From contig JBMYNT010000004.1 in assembly GCA_049598575.1 (NCBI GenBank), forward strand, positions 1 to 57,482: a DNA stretch of 57,482 nt, in the 5' to 3' direction. Positions 19,201 to 26,978 of this stretch are shown here, piece by piece (the first letter of the stretch is position 1; every line of letters begins with the position of its first letter). This DNA comes from Candidatus Poseidoniaceae archaeon. Its GTDB lineage: Archaea; Thermoplasmatota; Poseidoniia; Poseidoniales; Poseidoniaceae. The notes under the pieces were generated by a model that made no database searches, was not told where the DNA came from, and saw only the letters and a program-made list of their open reading frames with translations. The position numbers and the translations under genes are program-made.

Positions 19201-21371
19201 ACGCTAAATCGCGTCGTAAACGATAGCCAGCGTTGAGAAGGCGTCAGTGGAGTTGACGCATTTTCCACGGCTACCATACCTGCTGCAACGTCGTCACTGA
19301 ATTCCATGTCCGTGACTTCAACGGTCATTTTTCCATTTGATAAACCAGTAAATGGGAACGAAATCGATGGCGATGAGCCAGGCGTACGATAAGCAGCATT
19401 TGCAGCCATTACGAGAGGTGACTGCTCATCAGCAGAGATGGAAACCATGGTCGCATAAGGTGCTGCAAGATTGGAAAAGGTGGCAACACCGTTTCCGTAC
19501 GCCTCAATATCAACGAGAGCGAAACCTTGGCCCAAGTTGTACAACAACGCACTCTGACTGCTCAAGGTAGATTGCATGAGTGCATATTCTGATGCATTTA
19601 GTTCGAGGCGGTAAACGGTTGCGTTGTCCAATGTTCTTGAAAGGATGGTCGACCCGGCAATGCGCAACGACAGACCTGTCATGTTTCCGTTTTCACTGGA
19701 AACTGAAACTGCAAAATGTTCGAGGTTCGAGGCAGGAATCCATGTTGACGCCTCAGCGAGGCCTGCGAATCCGAAGGATGCACGATGCGCCTTTTGACCG
19801 GTTGAAAAGTGATCCTGGAAGCCCCACGAGCCGATTCGAACATCTGGGTCTCCCCATTCAAGCAAACCGTCTCCGTTCAAATCCAGTGAAGGTGAATGCA
19901 CGCGACCACCCGTTGACATGGTGACCTGAATCTCGTCGAGGAGAGCAGGTTGTGTTGAATTGTGCATGAACATGAGTTGGAAGGCATGCTCGTTTGCGTC
20001 AAGCTGACCCGAGTACGGCAGCGTGATGGCAACCCACGCATCAACTTCATCGTGACGAACGTAAGCATCGTACTCTTGCACAGTCGCAGCAATCTGGTAT
20101 CCCGCAAGTGGGGAATTGCTCGTATACCATGGAGAATGGACTGTTCCATTGGCGAGCGATGTGATGGAACCATCTAGGTAGGTGCTGTTGTTCATCGTCC
20201 AGCCACGGTTCATTGGGTCCGTAGAAAACGTGTCCTTGAGCAGACCACCTGCTGTGATGGATTCAACCGATGGCATGGAACTTGCATCCAACCCCTTGAA
20301 GATCATGCGTAGGCGCAATGAACCGTAGGTCTCCCAATCAACCGCATCGAGGTGAACAAGAGTGCCTTCGATGTTCTCGAATCCTGAAAGATTGTCTCCA
20401 GTCGTTGCATCAATGAGAGTCCATGTGAGGCTCGAACCGGTAGGCAAGTCTGCATTGATGTGCATAGGAGCATAGGGCCCCATGGCGAGAGAGAAGCTGT
20501 TGGAAGAATTGTATCCAAACGATGGACTTGTCCATGATGTCAATGGAGGGATGACCACCTTGACGTCATCAACAAACCAGTAATCACAGCAGGTCCCACT
20601 ACCAGAGGTTTGCTGGATGCGGAATTGCGATGTGGAATGGAGCGCCGCTGCGGGCAAAATTGTCGAATATTGGAAATTGCTGGTTTGTGAACCGCCACCT
20701 TGGAAGGTGTGGAAGGTTGTCCATTGACCACCAGCTGTTTTGTATTTGAGCTGAAGATTTTCCCCGGAATCGGGTGTTTCACCACAACCTGAACGACCCT
20801 CGTGCACCCATGCATGGAACGGGATGTTGGTGCGTCCTGCGAGATTGGTTGCTGGCGAAGTGGCATAAGTCGAACCCGCATAGGTTCGAATCGATCCACC
20901 ACTCGAGCCATTGTATCCACACGATGGCGTCGTCACACGGCCGCTGTACGAGTTGGAGAAAGTCCAACCTTGTGCTCCGTTGTTGAAATCATATCCAGGA
21001 GCTGAGCCATCGCCCGTCAGAACGCCCGATTGTGAGAAGGTGTTGTTTTTCACTGCGTCCACGTGGTTCCAAGCGGCATCGCCTTCCCAGAGTAACGTCT
21101 GAGAGTTTTCCATCGTCTCAGATTGAATGCTCATGTCTAGCGATGTGATAGCCCCTGAACTGGTAGGAACATCAAGTTCAAACGGCGTTAAACTGGCTTG
21201 ATTTGGGCGAATATCGACGGTCATAGGCATGTTCTCTCCAACCGAACCGACGATCTGCACATCATCCAAGTGAACCACTGGAGCAGGCGGAGCAAACGTC
21301 GTGTATGGACCCATGACGAACAAAAAGAGAACGAGCAAAGCAACTCCACGTCCCTTCGGAGAGGCGGCCAT
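16293..21371 (-). CDS. Giant single-TM surface protein (1692 aa) with a reelin/BNR-like jelly-roll domain, Ig/CARDB stalk and an acidic, Trp-rich cytoplasmic tail
   Basis: Signal peptide; 'LQLKYKTAGGQW...LP.AA....QFRIQQ..CCDYWFVDDV'; CARDB-like 'VKNVGTLDG'; TM ILGSIGALLGLSIILALLLMA; tail GVWWWQNQQDGSWWY. Confidence 0.92.
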   Translation of the reverse strand: MAASPKGRGVALLVLFLFVMGPYTTFAPPAPVVHLDDVQIVGSVGENMPMTVDIRPNQASLTPFELDVPTSSGAITSLDMSIQSETMENSQTLLWEGDAAWNHVDAVKNNTFSQSGVLTGDGSAPGYDFNNGAQGWTFSNSYSGRVTTPSCGYNGSSGGSIRTYAGSTYATSPATNLAGRTNIPFHAWVHEGRSGCGETPDSGENLQLKYKTAGGQWTTFHTFQGGGSQTSNFQYSTILPAAALHSTSQFRIQQTSGSGTCCDYWFVDDVKVVIPPLTSWTSPSFGYNSSNSFSLAMGPYAPMHINADLPTGSSLTWTLIDATTGDNLSGFENIEGTLVHLDAVDWETYGSLRLRMIFKGLDASSMPSVESITAGGLLKDTFSTDPMNRGWTMNNSTYLDGSITSLANGTVHSPWYTSNSPLAGYQIAATVQEYDAYVRHDEVDAWVAITLPYSGQLDANEHAFQLMFMHNSTQPALLDEIQVTMSTGGRVHSPSLDLNGDGLLEWGDPDVRIGSWGFQDHFSTGQKAHRASFGFAGLAEASTWIPASNLEHFAVSVSSENGNMTGLSLRIAGSTILSRTLDNATVYRLELNASEYALMQSTLSSQSALLYNLGQGFALVDIEAYGNGVATFSNLAAPYATMVSISADEQSPLVMAANAAYRTPGSSPSISFPFTGLSNGKMTVEVTDMEFSDDVAAGMVAVENASTPLTPSQRWLSFTTRFSVDTARTISLIRLDVQGENNHATWLLPTGGGTALGQADSDLIELHPTEAFSISETSATMREITVKFRVEQGWDDENWLTASMRLVLDNSVISRPGQYMWNGLTGGQAFENDLVIKSVDIMDDHGIIDSSTEYLAAGMGLNFTIDVGYEGVESIDAFADGDAEVQLWQGNTMVANTTSLDVDMWNVSDVAPYSFGDLTWTVRVIPLNGGDVVGDSEYTRTFKIDPTAPAVIDSTVAWYDHRLASTSQTVQFQILDPVLLPSDVHVMLWRQWADDVDLNGWPSPDEYKQRSLIIPTDLTLSTGIYTLLFDDSMGSQGQKVAGYLVGEDESGQALEDAGTGEEGEHLFMYQIGPDGPPTLTSNAMSWTGGAQPWLHPEQAYTLRVDMSEPNGASDFTTVEIQLASNILTSPLSFTWDFRTDSCTSNSIHLIVNDCAMLALDGTTAGPYEKDTRLVVDLELAWTTPDLGDTFREPSVKIIDRAGQEVIQTFPALRWRFSPALTIPQESVSLVLTQGTVLDDGARLPPNSPFELTGGLVFAATEETPDFNCSVEVMFAGQTYSADTYNGIWNVELRSPQTSGTIPLTWSVGCLPPQGVDATEKESSVKWMVVDGLGPQPVEVQTPRPGSILSAEEHEVTIVLSEEGGIDFESLRLAWWVENTETGEFIREGDSPFLLQGTEISGLSLIGTGTMDLSVITDDMLVDRFTVYVLVEGRDLAGNLVLGEAGSSAGNAVTSWLMEWRQPKFELETPAMEYSRLNLQQGDSTAVQIFVKNVGTLDGTTDATISVVRADGTSEVLRQTELEVAEGGLGTILIDWAPEQVGLQWLEVQLENGVKGNGPSVDVRPKSDPSFSEAVFGDVNPILGSIGALLGLSIILALLLMARNATVRRGSKSEYEWDEYSDYLDEDEEEDIEGDADLNLSEPIQESEPVAATTQTASADGWTQGSDGVWWWQNQQDGSWWYKDANGEILQYK

Positions 21372-21467
21372 GCCTTTGCCTGATTTTCAAAGGACTTGAA
21401 TGTGTCAGTCCCAACGGCTGCTCTGATTGAGGGGAGAGATTGAAAACAAGGGGCCAATTCGCAAACC

Positions 21468-24400
21468 ATGGTTCGACCAAATCCCGCAGGTGAACTCGAT
21501 GCCGTTGCCCTCGAAACGGCACTCCTTGAAACGTGGAAGAACGAGCAAACGTTCCAGCAGTCCATCGATTCAAACCGAACCGGGGCACCCTTCATCTTCC
21601 TCGAAGGTCCCCCCACGGCCAACGGAAAACCAGGCATTCACCACGTCGTGGCTCGAGCCTACAAGGACCTCGTTTGCCGTTGGAAGACCATGGAAGGTTT
21701 TCTTGTCGAGCGAAAAGGTGGTTGGGATACGCACGGGCTTCCTGTCGAAATTGAAGTACAGAAGCGACTCGATTTGATGAGCAATGAAGCCATCGAAGAA
21801 TTCGGAATGCAAGCCTTCAACGATGCTTGCCGTGAAAGTGTTTGGACGTACGAGAGCGCTTGGAGAGAGATGACCGAACGTATGGCATACTGGGTCGATC
21901 TCGACAACCCATACGTCACACTGCACAACGATTATGTCGAGTCGTGTTGGTGGGCACTCAAACAAATGTTCGACAAGGATTTGCTCTATCGAGGTCACAA
22001 GGTTTTGCCCTATTGTCCGCAAACTGGAACATCCTATTCAAGCCACGAAGTGGCCTTGGGCTACAAAGAAGTCGAGGAGCCATCGGTCTATGTGAAATTC
22101 AAATTGGTTGATGATTCAGCCTCCATCCTCGCTTGGACCACAACGCCTTGGACCCTTCCAGGAAACGTTGGTCTCGCTGTTGGACCGGATGTGACCTATG
22201 CACGCTGTCGTGTTCGTGAAGAACCCGAAGGTTGGCAAGGGCGCGGTGGTGCATCGGTTGGCGAGGAATTGATTCTCGCCAAGGATTTGATGGGTGAAGT
22301 TCTCCGTCACCATGTCGACATCATCGAAGAAATACCCGGATCGTCGCTGGTTGGCAAATCCTACGAGCCATTGTTCCCAGATGCTGTCCCACGCGGTGAC
22401 TCGAGAACAGCATGGACCGTGTTGTCTGCTGATTGGGTCACAACCACCGATGGAACCGGTGTGGTTCATACCGCTGTTATGTACGGTGAAGACGACTACA
22501 ATCTTGGAATGGAAGTGGGGCTTCCTGCGTACCACACCGTCAACATGGAAGGGAACTTCGTTGACGGCGTCCATCCTGAACTTGATGGTCGATATGTCAA
22601 ATCATGCGATGAATCTGTCATGGACATTCTCGTCGGCCAAAACGATTCGATTGCTTCTGGCTTACTGTATCGAGAGAAGAGTTACCTCCACGATTATCCT
22701 CACTGTTGGAGAACCGATCACCCACTCCTGTACTATGCCATGGATTCATGGTTTGTTCGCATGACGGCTGTCAAGGAACGCCTTCTCGAATTCAACGATG
22801 GCGTTGAATGGGCGCCGGATTGGGTCGGAGAAGGTCGATTCGGGGAATGGCTCCGTAACGTCAAGGATTGGGCTATCTCCAGAGAACGCTACTGGGGAAC
22901 ACCGCTTCCTGTGTGGCGAGACGAAGATGGAAACATGAAATGCATTGGTTCGATTGCCGAGTTGCAAGATGAAATTGCAAAGGCAAATGCTGCAGGATTT
23001 GAGAATCCTGAATGCCCAGATGACGTCGATTTACACCGACCAGTTGTCGACGCATTCACACTTGTCTCGGACGATGGAAAGCCGATGCACCGTGAACCGT
23101 TTGTCATGGATTGTTGGTTCGATTCAGGTTGTGCTCCATTCGCTCAGTGGCATCATCCATTCGATGAAAACAAGACGTTCGATGCTTCCTTCCCAGTCGA
23201 CTACATCTGTGAAGGTGTTGATCAAACCCGAGGATGGTTCTACACGCTGCTCGCTGTTTCCACAACTGTCTTCGATTCTCCTGCCTACAAACGATGCCTA
23301 TCACTTGGATTGATTCTCGATGCAGAAGGAAAGAAAATGTCCAAGTCACGTGGCAACATTGTCGACCCTTGGGACCACTTCAATCGAGAAGGTGCTGATG
23401 CAACACGATGGTACATGGTCACCGCTGGTGCGCCATGGAATCCATTGAAATTCGACTCCAATGGCGTTCGAGAGACCTACGCCAAGATGTTCCTCACTTT
23501 GTGGAACGTCTATCGGTTCCATGCAGATTATGCTGCTTTGGATGCTTTTGATCCTGCTTCGTCCACCTCATCCTACGAGAGTCGTTCACGACTCGATCGC
23601 TGGATTTTGTCCAAGCTTCACAGTACGGCGAAGGCATACCATGATGGATTCACAAACTGGAACTTCCACAAGGCCTGCAGAGAACTCGAGGATTTCATTG
23701 TCAACGATTTGTCGAATTGGTACGTTCGCCGAAGTCGCCGACGATTGTGGGATGAAGCCGAATCAGGTGACAAACTCGCTTGTCAGCACACGTTGCACGA
23801 AATTCTCGTAACGTTGTGCCGGTTGATTGCACCAGTGAGTCCATTCATGGTTGATACCATTCATCGAAACTTGACTGGTGAGACGGTTCATACTGCCGCA
23901 TGGCCACTTGGCACACCTGGTTCGACCGAAGGTGCAACAGCTGATGCATGGAATGTGGACCTCGTCGCTGCAACGCAGCAACTCCCGCCGCATGATGCTG
24001 AACTCGAGCATGAAATGGCCTTGGTCCGTGAACTCGCCGAAACAGGCCGGCGTATTCGTATTGACGCACAACGTCGTCAACGACTTCCTTGTGCTGAAGG
24101 ATGGATTGTTGCCGGCCCAAACCTTGAGGCCTATCACGATCTGTTGTGTGAGGAACTCAACGTCGAGAGCATCTCAGTTGAGACCGACCTTGACCGTTTC
24201 CAACAAGTCGAGCTTGGTGTCAACTTCAGAGCACTCGCTCCAAGAGCAAAGGGAGACGTCAACGCTATCTCTGGTCAAATCAAGAATCACCCTGACCAAG
24301 ATGCATTGCTCGCTGACATTCGAAACGGTTCATGCACCATTATGGGCGTTGATATTCTCGAATCCGATGTTGAAGTCCGACGTGCGGAACGTCAAGGATA

Positions 24401-24743
24401 CGCTGCTGCTACAATTACGGTAGGCGAAGGCGATACTGCATCGCATGTCAGCCTCGTCCTCGACATGCAAGACACGCCTCATCTGCTCTCAAAGGGTCTT
24501 GCTCGCGACATTACCCGACGCATTCAATCAAAGCGTAAGGACATGGACTTGGAGATTGAATCGATGATTGATGTTGAAGTCTGGATGACCGATGCTCCTG
24601 AACTGTTCGAGGAAGACCAGGCCTGGGTTGCCAAGGAAACTCGTGCATCTGGCATTGCCTTCAGTGAAGACCAAGCACCTGCTGATGTGGAATCTTTCGA
24701 TGTCGACGGTGCTCAAGTCTCCTATCGAGTCAAGAAGGTTTGA
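21468..24743 (+). CDS. ileS: Isoleucine--tRNA ligase (IleRS2-type)
   Basis: EGPPTANGKPGIHH, GWDTHGLP, WTTTPWTLP, WAISRERYWG, EGVDQTRGWFYTL and KMSKS. Confidence 0.98.
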   Translation: MVRPNPAGELDAVALETALLETWKNEQTFQQSIDSNRTGAPFIFLEGPPTANGKPGIHHVVARAYKDLVCRWKTMEGFLVERKGGWDTHGLPVEIEVQKRLDLMSNEAIEEFGMQAFNDACRESVWTYESAWREMTERMAYWVDLDNPYVTLHNDYVESCWWALKQMFDKDLLYRGHKVLPYCPQTGTSYSSHEVALGYKEVEEPSVYVKFKLVDDSASILAWTTTPWTLPGNVGLAVGPDVTYARCRVREEPEGWQGRGGASVGEELILAKDLMGEVLRHHVDIIEEIPGSSLVGKSYEPLFPDAVPRGDSRTAWTVLSADWVTTTDGTGVVHTAVMYGEDDYNLGMEVGLPAYHTVNMEGNFVDGVHPELDGRYVKSCDESVMDILVGQNDSIASGLLYREKSYLHDYPHCWRTDHPLLYYAMDSWFVRMTAVKERLLEFNDGVEWAPDWVGEGRFGEWLRNVKDWAISRERYWGTPLPVWRDEDGNMKCIGSIAELQDEIAKANAAGFENPECPDDVDLHRPVVDAFTLVSDDGKPMHREPFVMDCWFDSGCAPFAQWHHPFDENKTFDASFPVDYICEGVDQTRGWFYTLLAVSTTVFDSPAYKRCLSLGLILDAEGKKMSKSRGNIVDPWDHFNREGADATRWYMVTAGAPWNPLKFDSNGVRETYAKMFLTLWNVYRFHADYAALDAFDPASSTSSYESRSRLDRWILSKLHSTAKAYHDGFTNWNFHKACRELEDFIVNDLSNWYVRRSRRRLWDEAESGDKLACQHTLHEILVTLCRLIAPVSPFMVDTIHRNLTGETVHTAAWPLGTPGSTEGATADAWNVDLVAATQQLPPHDAELEHEMALVRELAETGRRIRIDAQRRQRLPCAEGWIVAGPNLEAYHDLLCEELNVESISVETDLDRFQQVELGVNFRALAPRAKGDVNAISGQIKNHPDQDALLADIRNGSCTIMGVDILESDVEVRRAERQGYAAATITVGEGDTASHVSLVLDMQDTPHLLSKGLARDITRRIQSKRKDMDLEIESMIDVEVWMTDAPELFEEDQAWVAKETRASGIAFSEDQAPADVESFDVDGAQVSYRVKKV

Positions 24744-24752
24744 GGTCGAAGC

Positions 24753-25517
24753 ATGCGGGTGATTTCGCTCGTTCCAAGTTTGACCTTGACGCTTGCAGAA
24801 TTAGGCCTTGACAAGTCACAACTCGTCGGTCGAACACCGTGGTGCATCCACCCTGAACCGTTTGTCCAAGATGTTCCAATCGTTGGAGGAACCAAAACAC
24901 CCAACCTCAACAAAATACGCAACGCACAACCAGATCTTGTCATTTTGGACCGTGAGGAAAATCCGAAGGAATTCTACGAGGCTTTGATCGAATCTGGAAT
25001 TGAAGTATATGTAAGCACGGTTGAGCATCCAAGCGAGGTCCCAGAAATGCTCCTCGAACTTGGTCAATTACTCAATCTCACATCAAAGGCCAAGGAACTT
25101 GCTAATGCAATCAATGCCGAACTTGCAACCACGTTCGAATCAGGTCCAACCGTTTTGCCGATGATTTGGCACGATCCCTTAATGGCTGTCTCACCGACAA
25201 AATATGCCGGAGCCTTGTTGGAGTGTTGTGGATTCAACGTCCCTGATATCGAACCAGAAGGGAACGGCTACCCTGTCATCACAGCAGAAGCCATCCAACT
25301 TCACCATGTTGAGGGTCTGCTGTTGTCAAGCGAACCACATGAGTTTTCGAAACAAGAAGGGGAGTCGATTTGCGACGCTGTTGAGGCATTGGGTGGCCCG
25401 AGGCCGTGGACTCAATGCATCGATGGAGAGGCACTAACGTGGTTTGGAAGTCATACGTTGCACGGACTTCGAACCTTTAGCGCTCTTTGCAAGGATTTGA
25501 AAACAGCCGACGAGTAG
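24753..25517 (+). CDS. Helical-backbone metal receptor (BtuF/cobalamin-binding-like), no signal peptide
   Basis: MRVISLVPSLT...GRTPWC.HP...VGGTK.PN..I...PDLVI..EEN; DGEALTWFG. GAGGT SD overlaps the ileS stop. Confidence 0.82.
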   Translation: MRVISLVPSLTLTLAELGLDKSQLVGRTPWCIHPEPFVQDVPIVGGTKTPNLNKIRNAQPDLVILDREENPKEFYEALIESGIEVYVSTVEHPSEVPEMLLELGQLLNLTSKAKELANAINAELATTFESGPTVLPMIWHDPLMAVSPTKYAGALLECCGFNVPDIEPEGNGYPVITAEAIQLHHVEGLLLSSEPHEFSKQEGESICDAVEALGGPRPWTQCIDGEALTWFGSHTLHGLRTFSALCKDLKTADE

Positions 25518-25524
25518 CCAAGGC

Positions 25525-26928
25525 ATGCGCAGAGCGATTCTTGCCATGATGCTGGTGAGCAGCATGGTCCTCGCAGGGTGTTTCGGTGATGGAGAAGCCA
25601 TCGTTGAGACAGAAGAAGTCAAATCTGCTTGGAACGACTACGTCCTCATCGACGAGAAGACGCATGAAATGCCACGTGAGTTCATGACGGTGGATTTACG
25701 AACAAACGAAACAACCAACATGACCTGGGCTGTATTTGACGAGTCGAAAGGAGGCAACTGCTGTGAACACTACATCGCCACAACGATTCAAGGATCCATT
25801 CTCAACATAGGAGGTGAATATCCGGTGTGGTCGGTAGACCGAGGTCATGATTGGGACACGTGGATACCAGGCGTAACACCTGACCTTCAGTGCAGAACGT
25901 TTGTTCCGACAAACCCTGGAACGGAAGGCCTCGGAGAAGGAAGCATTGTGCAAGCAACAAACGGCGACATCATATCCATGTCGTGGTTCCCATACGTCGG
26001 TGGTGACCTCAAACTTGACAAATTCTATGCTATTCTCTACGATGATTCCGAAATGGAATGGAAGTGGTGTTACAATCGAATCACAGAGCCGTTCTACGAC
26101 CGAAGCTGGCAGGTCGAAGTTGTTGGTCCAATCTCATCGAGCATTGGCAACGGAGAATGGGCGTCGCTCGTCATTTCCAATTTCTGGCATCAAACGCAGA
26201 ACGCAGGAGGACAAATCTCCGTTGATGGTCTGAATTACTATCCGATTCAATTCCCTGGACGATCCTCGTCTCAACCTGACATCGAAATCGATTTCGACTT
26301 CACCAATGCCTCGCTTGACTTCTACTGGGACGTGAACAAACCGCACAAGGAAATGCGAGCTTTTGCTGTTCCAAGCGGAGGATTGCTCTTCCCACAATAC
26401 TTCGACAACGGCAATGCAGCCTTCCTCGACACGACGCTTTCATGGAATGAGGTTGCCATGCAATTCCCAAGCGAGTATTGCCAAATTGACATGACCGGTA
26501 CCATTCATTGCGTCGCCAACGCAGGTACGACCTTCACGCATTTTGCATCTCGAGATGGTGCCCTTTCATGGAACAATTACACCTACGATCTCGGTGGAGA
26601 GGCCTCGAGCATTGAAGAGTGGGAGTTCCAAGCGAACGGCGAGCATGACCTGTTTGTGTTGAATGTACGTTACCAATCGAGCGAAGGACCTGACGTCGAT
26701 GTCCTATTTCACACGCGAGGATACAGCGAGGACCTCAGCCCAGACACCATGACCTACATCGGCCAAGGTGACCTCGACTCGACATCAGGTGCAGGAAACG
26801 ACATTCGATTCGATTTCGCAAGTTTGGCCATCCTTCGTGATGGTGGTGTTGTGGTTGCATACCATGATTCGACGCACGTCGACCCATTGTTTGCTGTTGA
26901 ATTGAACATGCCAGATTACCAAGAATAG
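25525..26928 (+). CDS. Lipoprotein with BNR/Asp-box-like motifs (possible beta-propeller), function unknown
   Basis: Lipobox VLAGC-FG; WSVDRGHDW and ASRDGALSW Asp-box-like segments. Confidence 0.8.
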   Translation: MRRAILAMMLVSSMVLAGCFGDGEAIVETEEVKSAWNDYVLIDEKTHEMPREFMTVDLRTNETTNMTWAVFDESKGGNCCEHYIATTIQGSILNIGGEYPVWSVDRGHDWDTWIPGVTPDLQCRTFVPTNPGTEGLGEGSIVQATNGDIISMSWFPYVGGDLKLDKFYAILYDDSEMEWKWCYNRITEPFYDRSWQVEVVGPISSSIGNGEWASLVISNFWHQTQNAGGQISVDGLNYYPIQFPGRSSSQPDIEIDFDFTNASLDFYWDVNKPHKEMRAFAVPSGGLLFPQYFDNGNAAFLDTTLSWNEVAMQFPSEYCQIDMTGTIHCVANAGTTFTHFASRDGALSWNNYTYDLGGEASSIEEWEFQANGEHDLFVLNVRYQSSEGPDVDVLFHTRGYSEDLSPDTMTYIGQGDLDSTSGAGNDIRFDFASLAILRDGGVVVAYHDSTHVDPLFAVELNMPDYQE

Positions 26929-26978
26929 CGCCGATTGGAGGGTTATCCTCAAAAGCCCTTGACAAACGATGTTCCTTG

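Noticed and set aside
26959-26964. TTGACA (bacterial -35 hexamer) upstream of the MutS-like gene
   Set aside because: The host is archaeal and there is no properly spaced -10 box, so it is likely chance.
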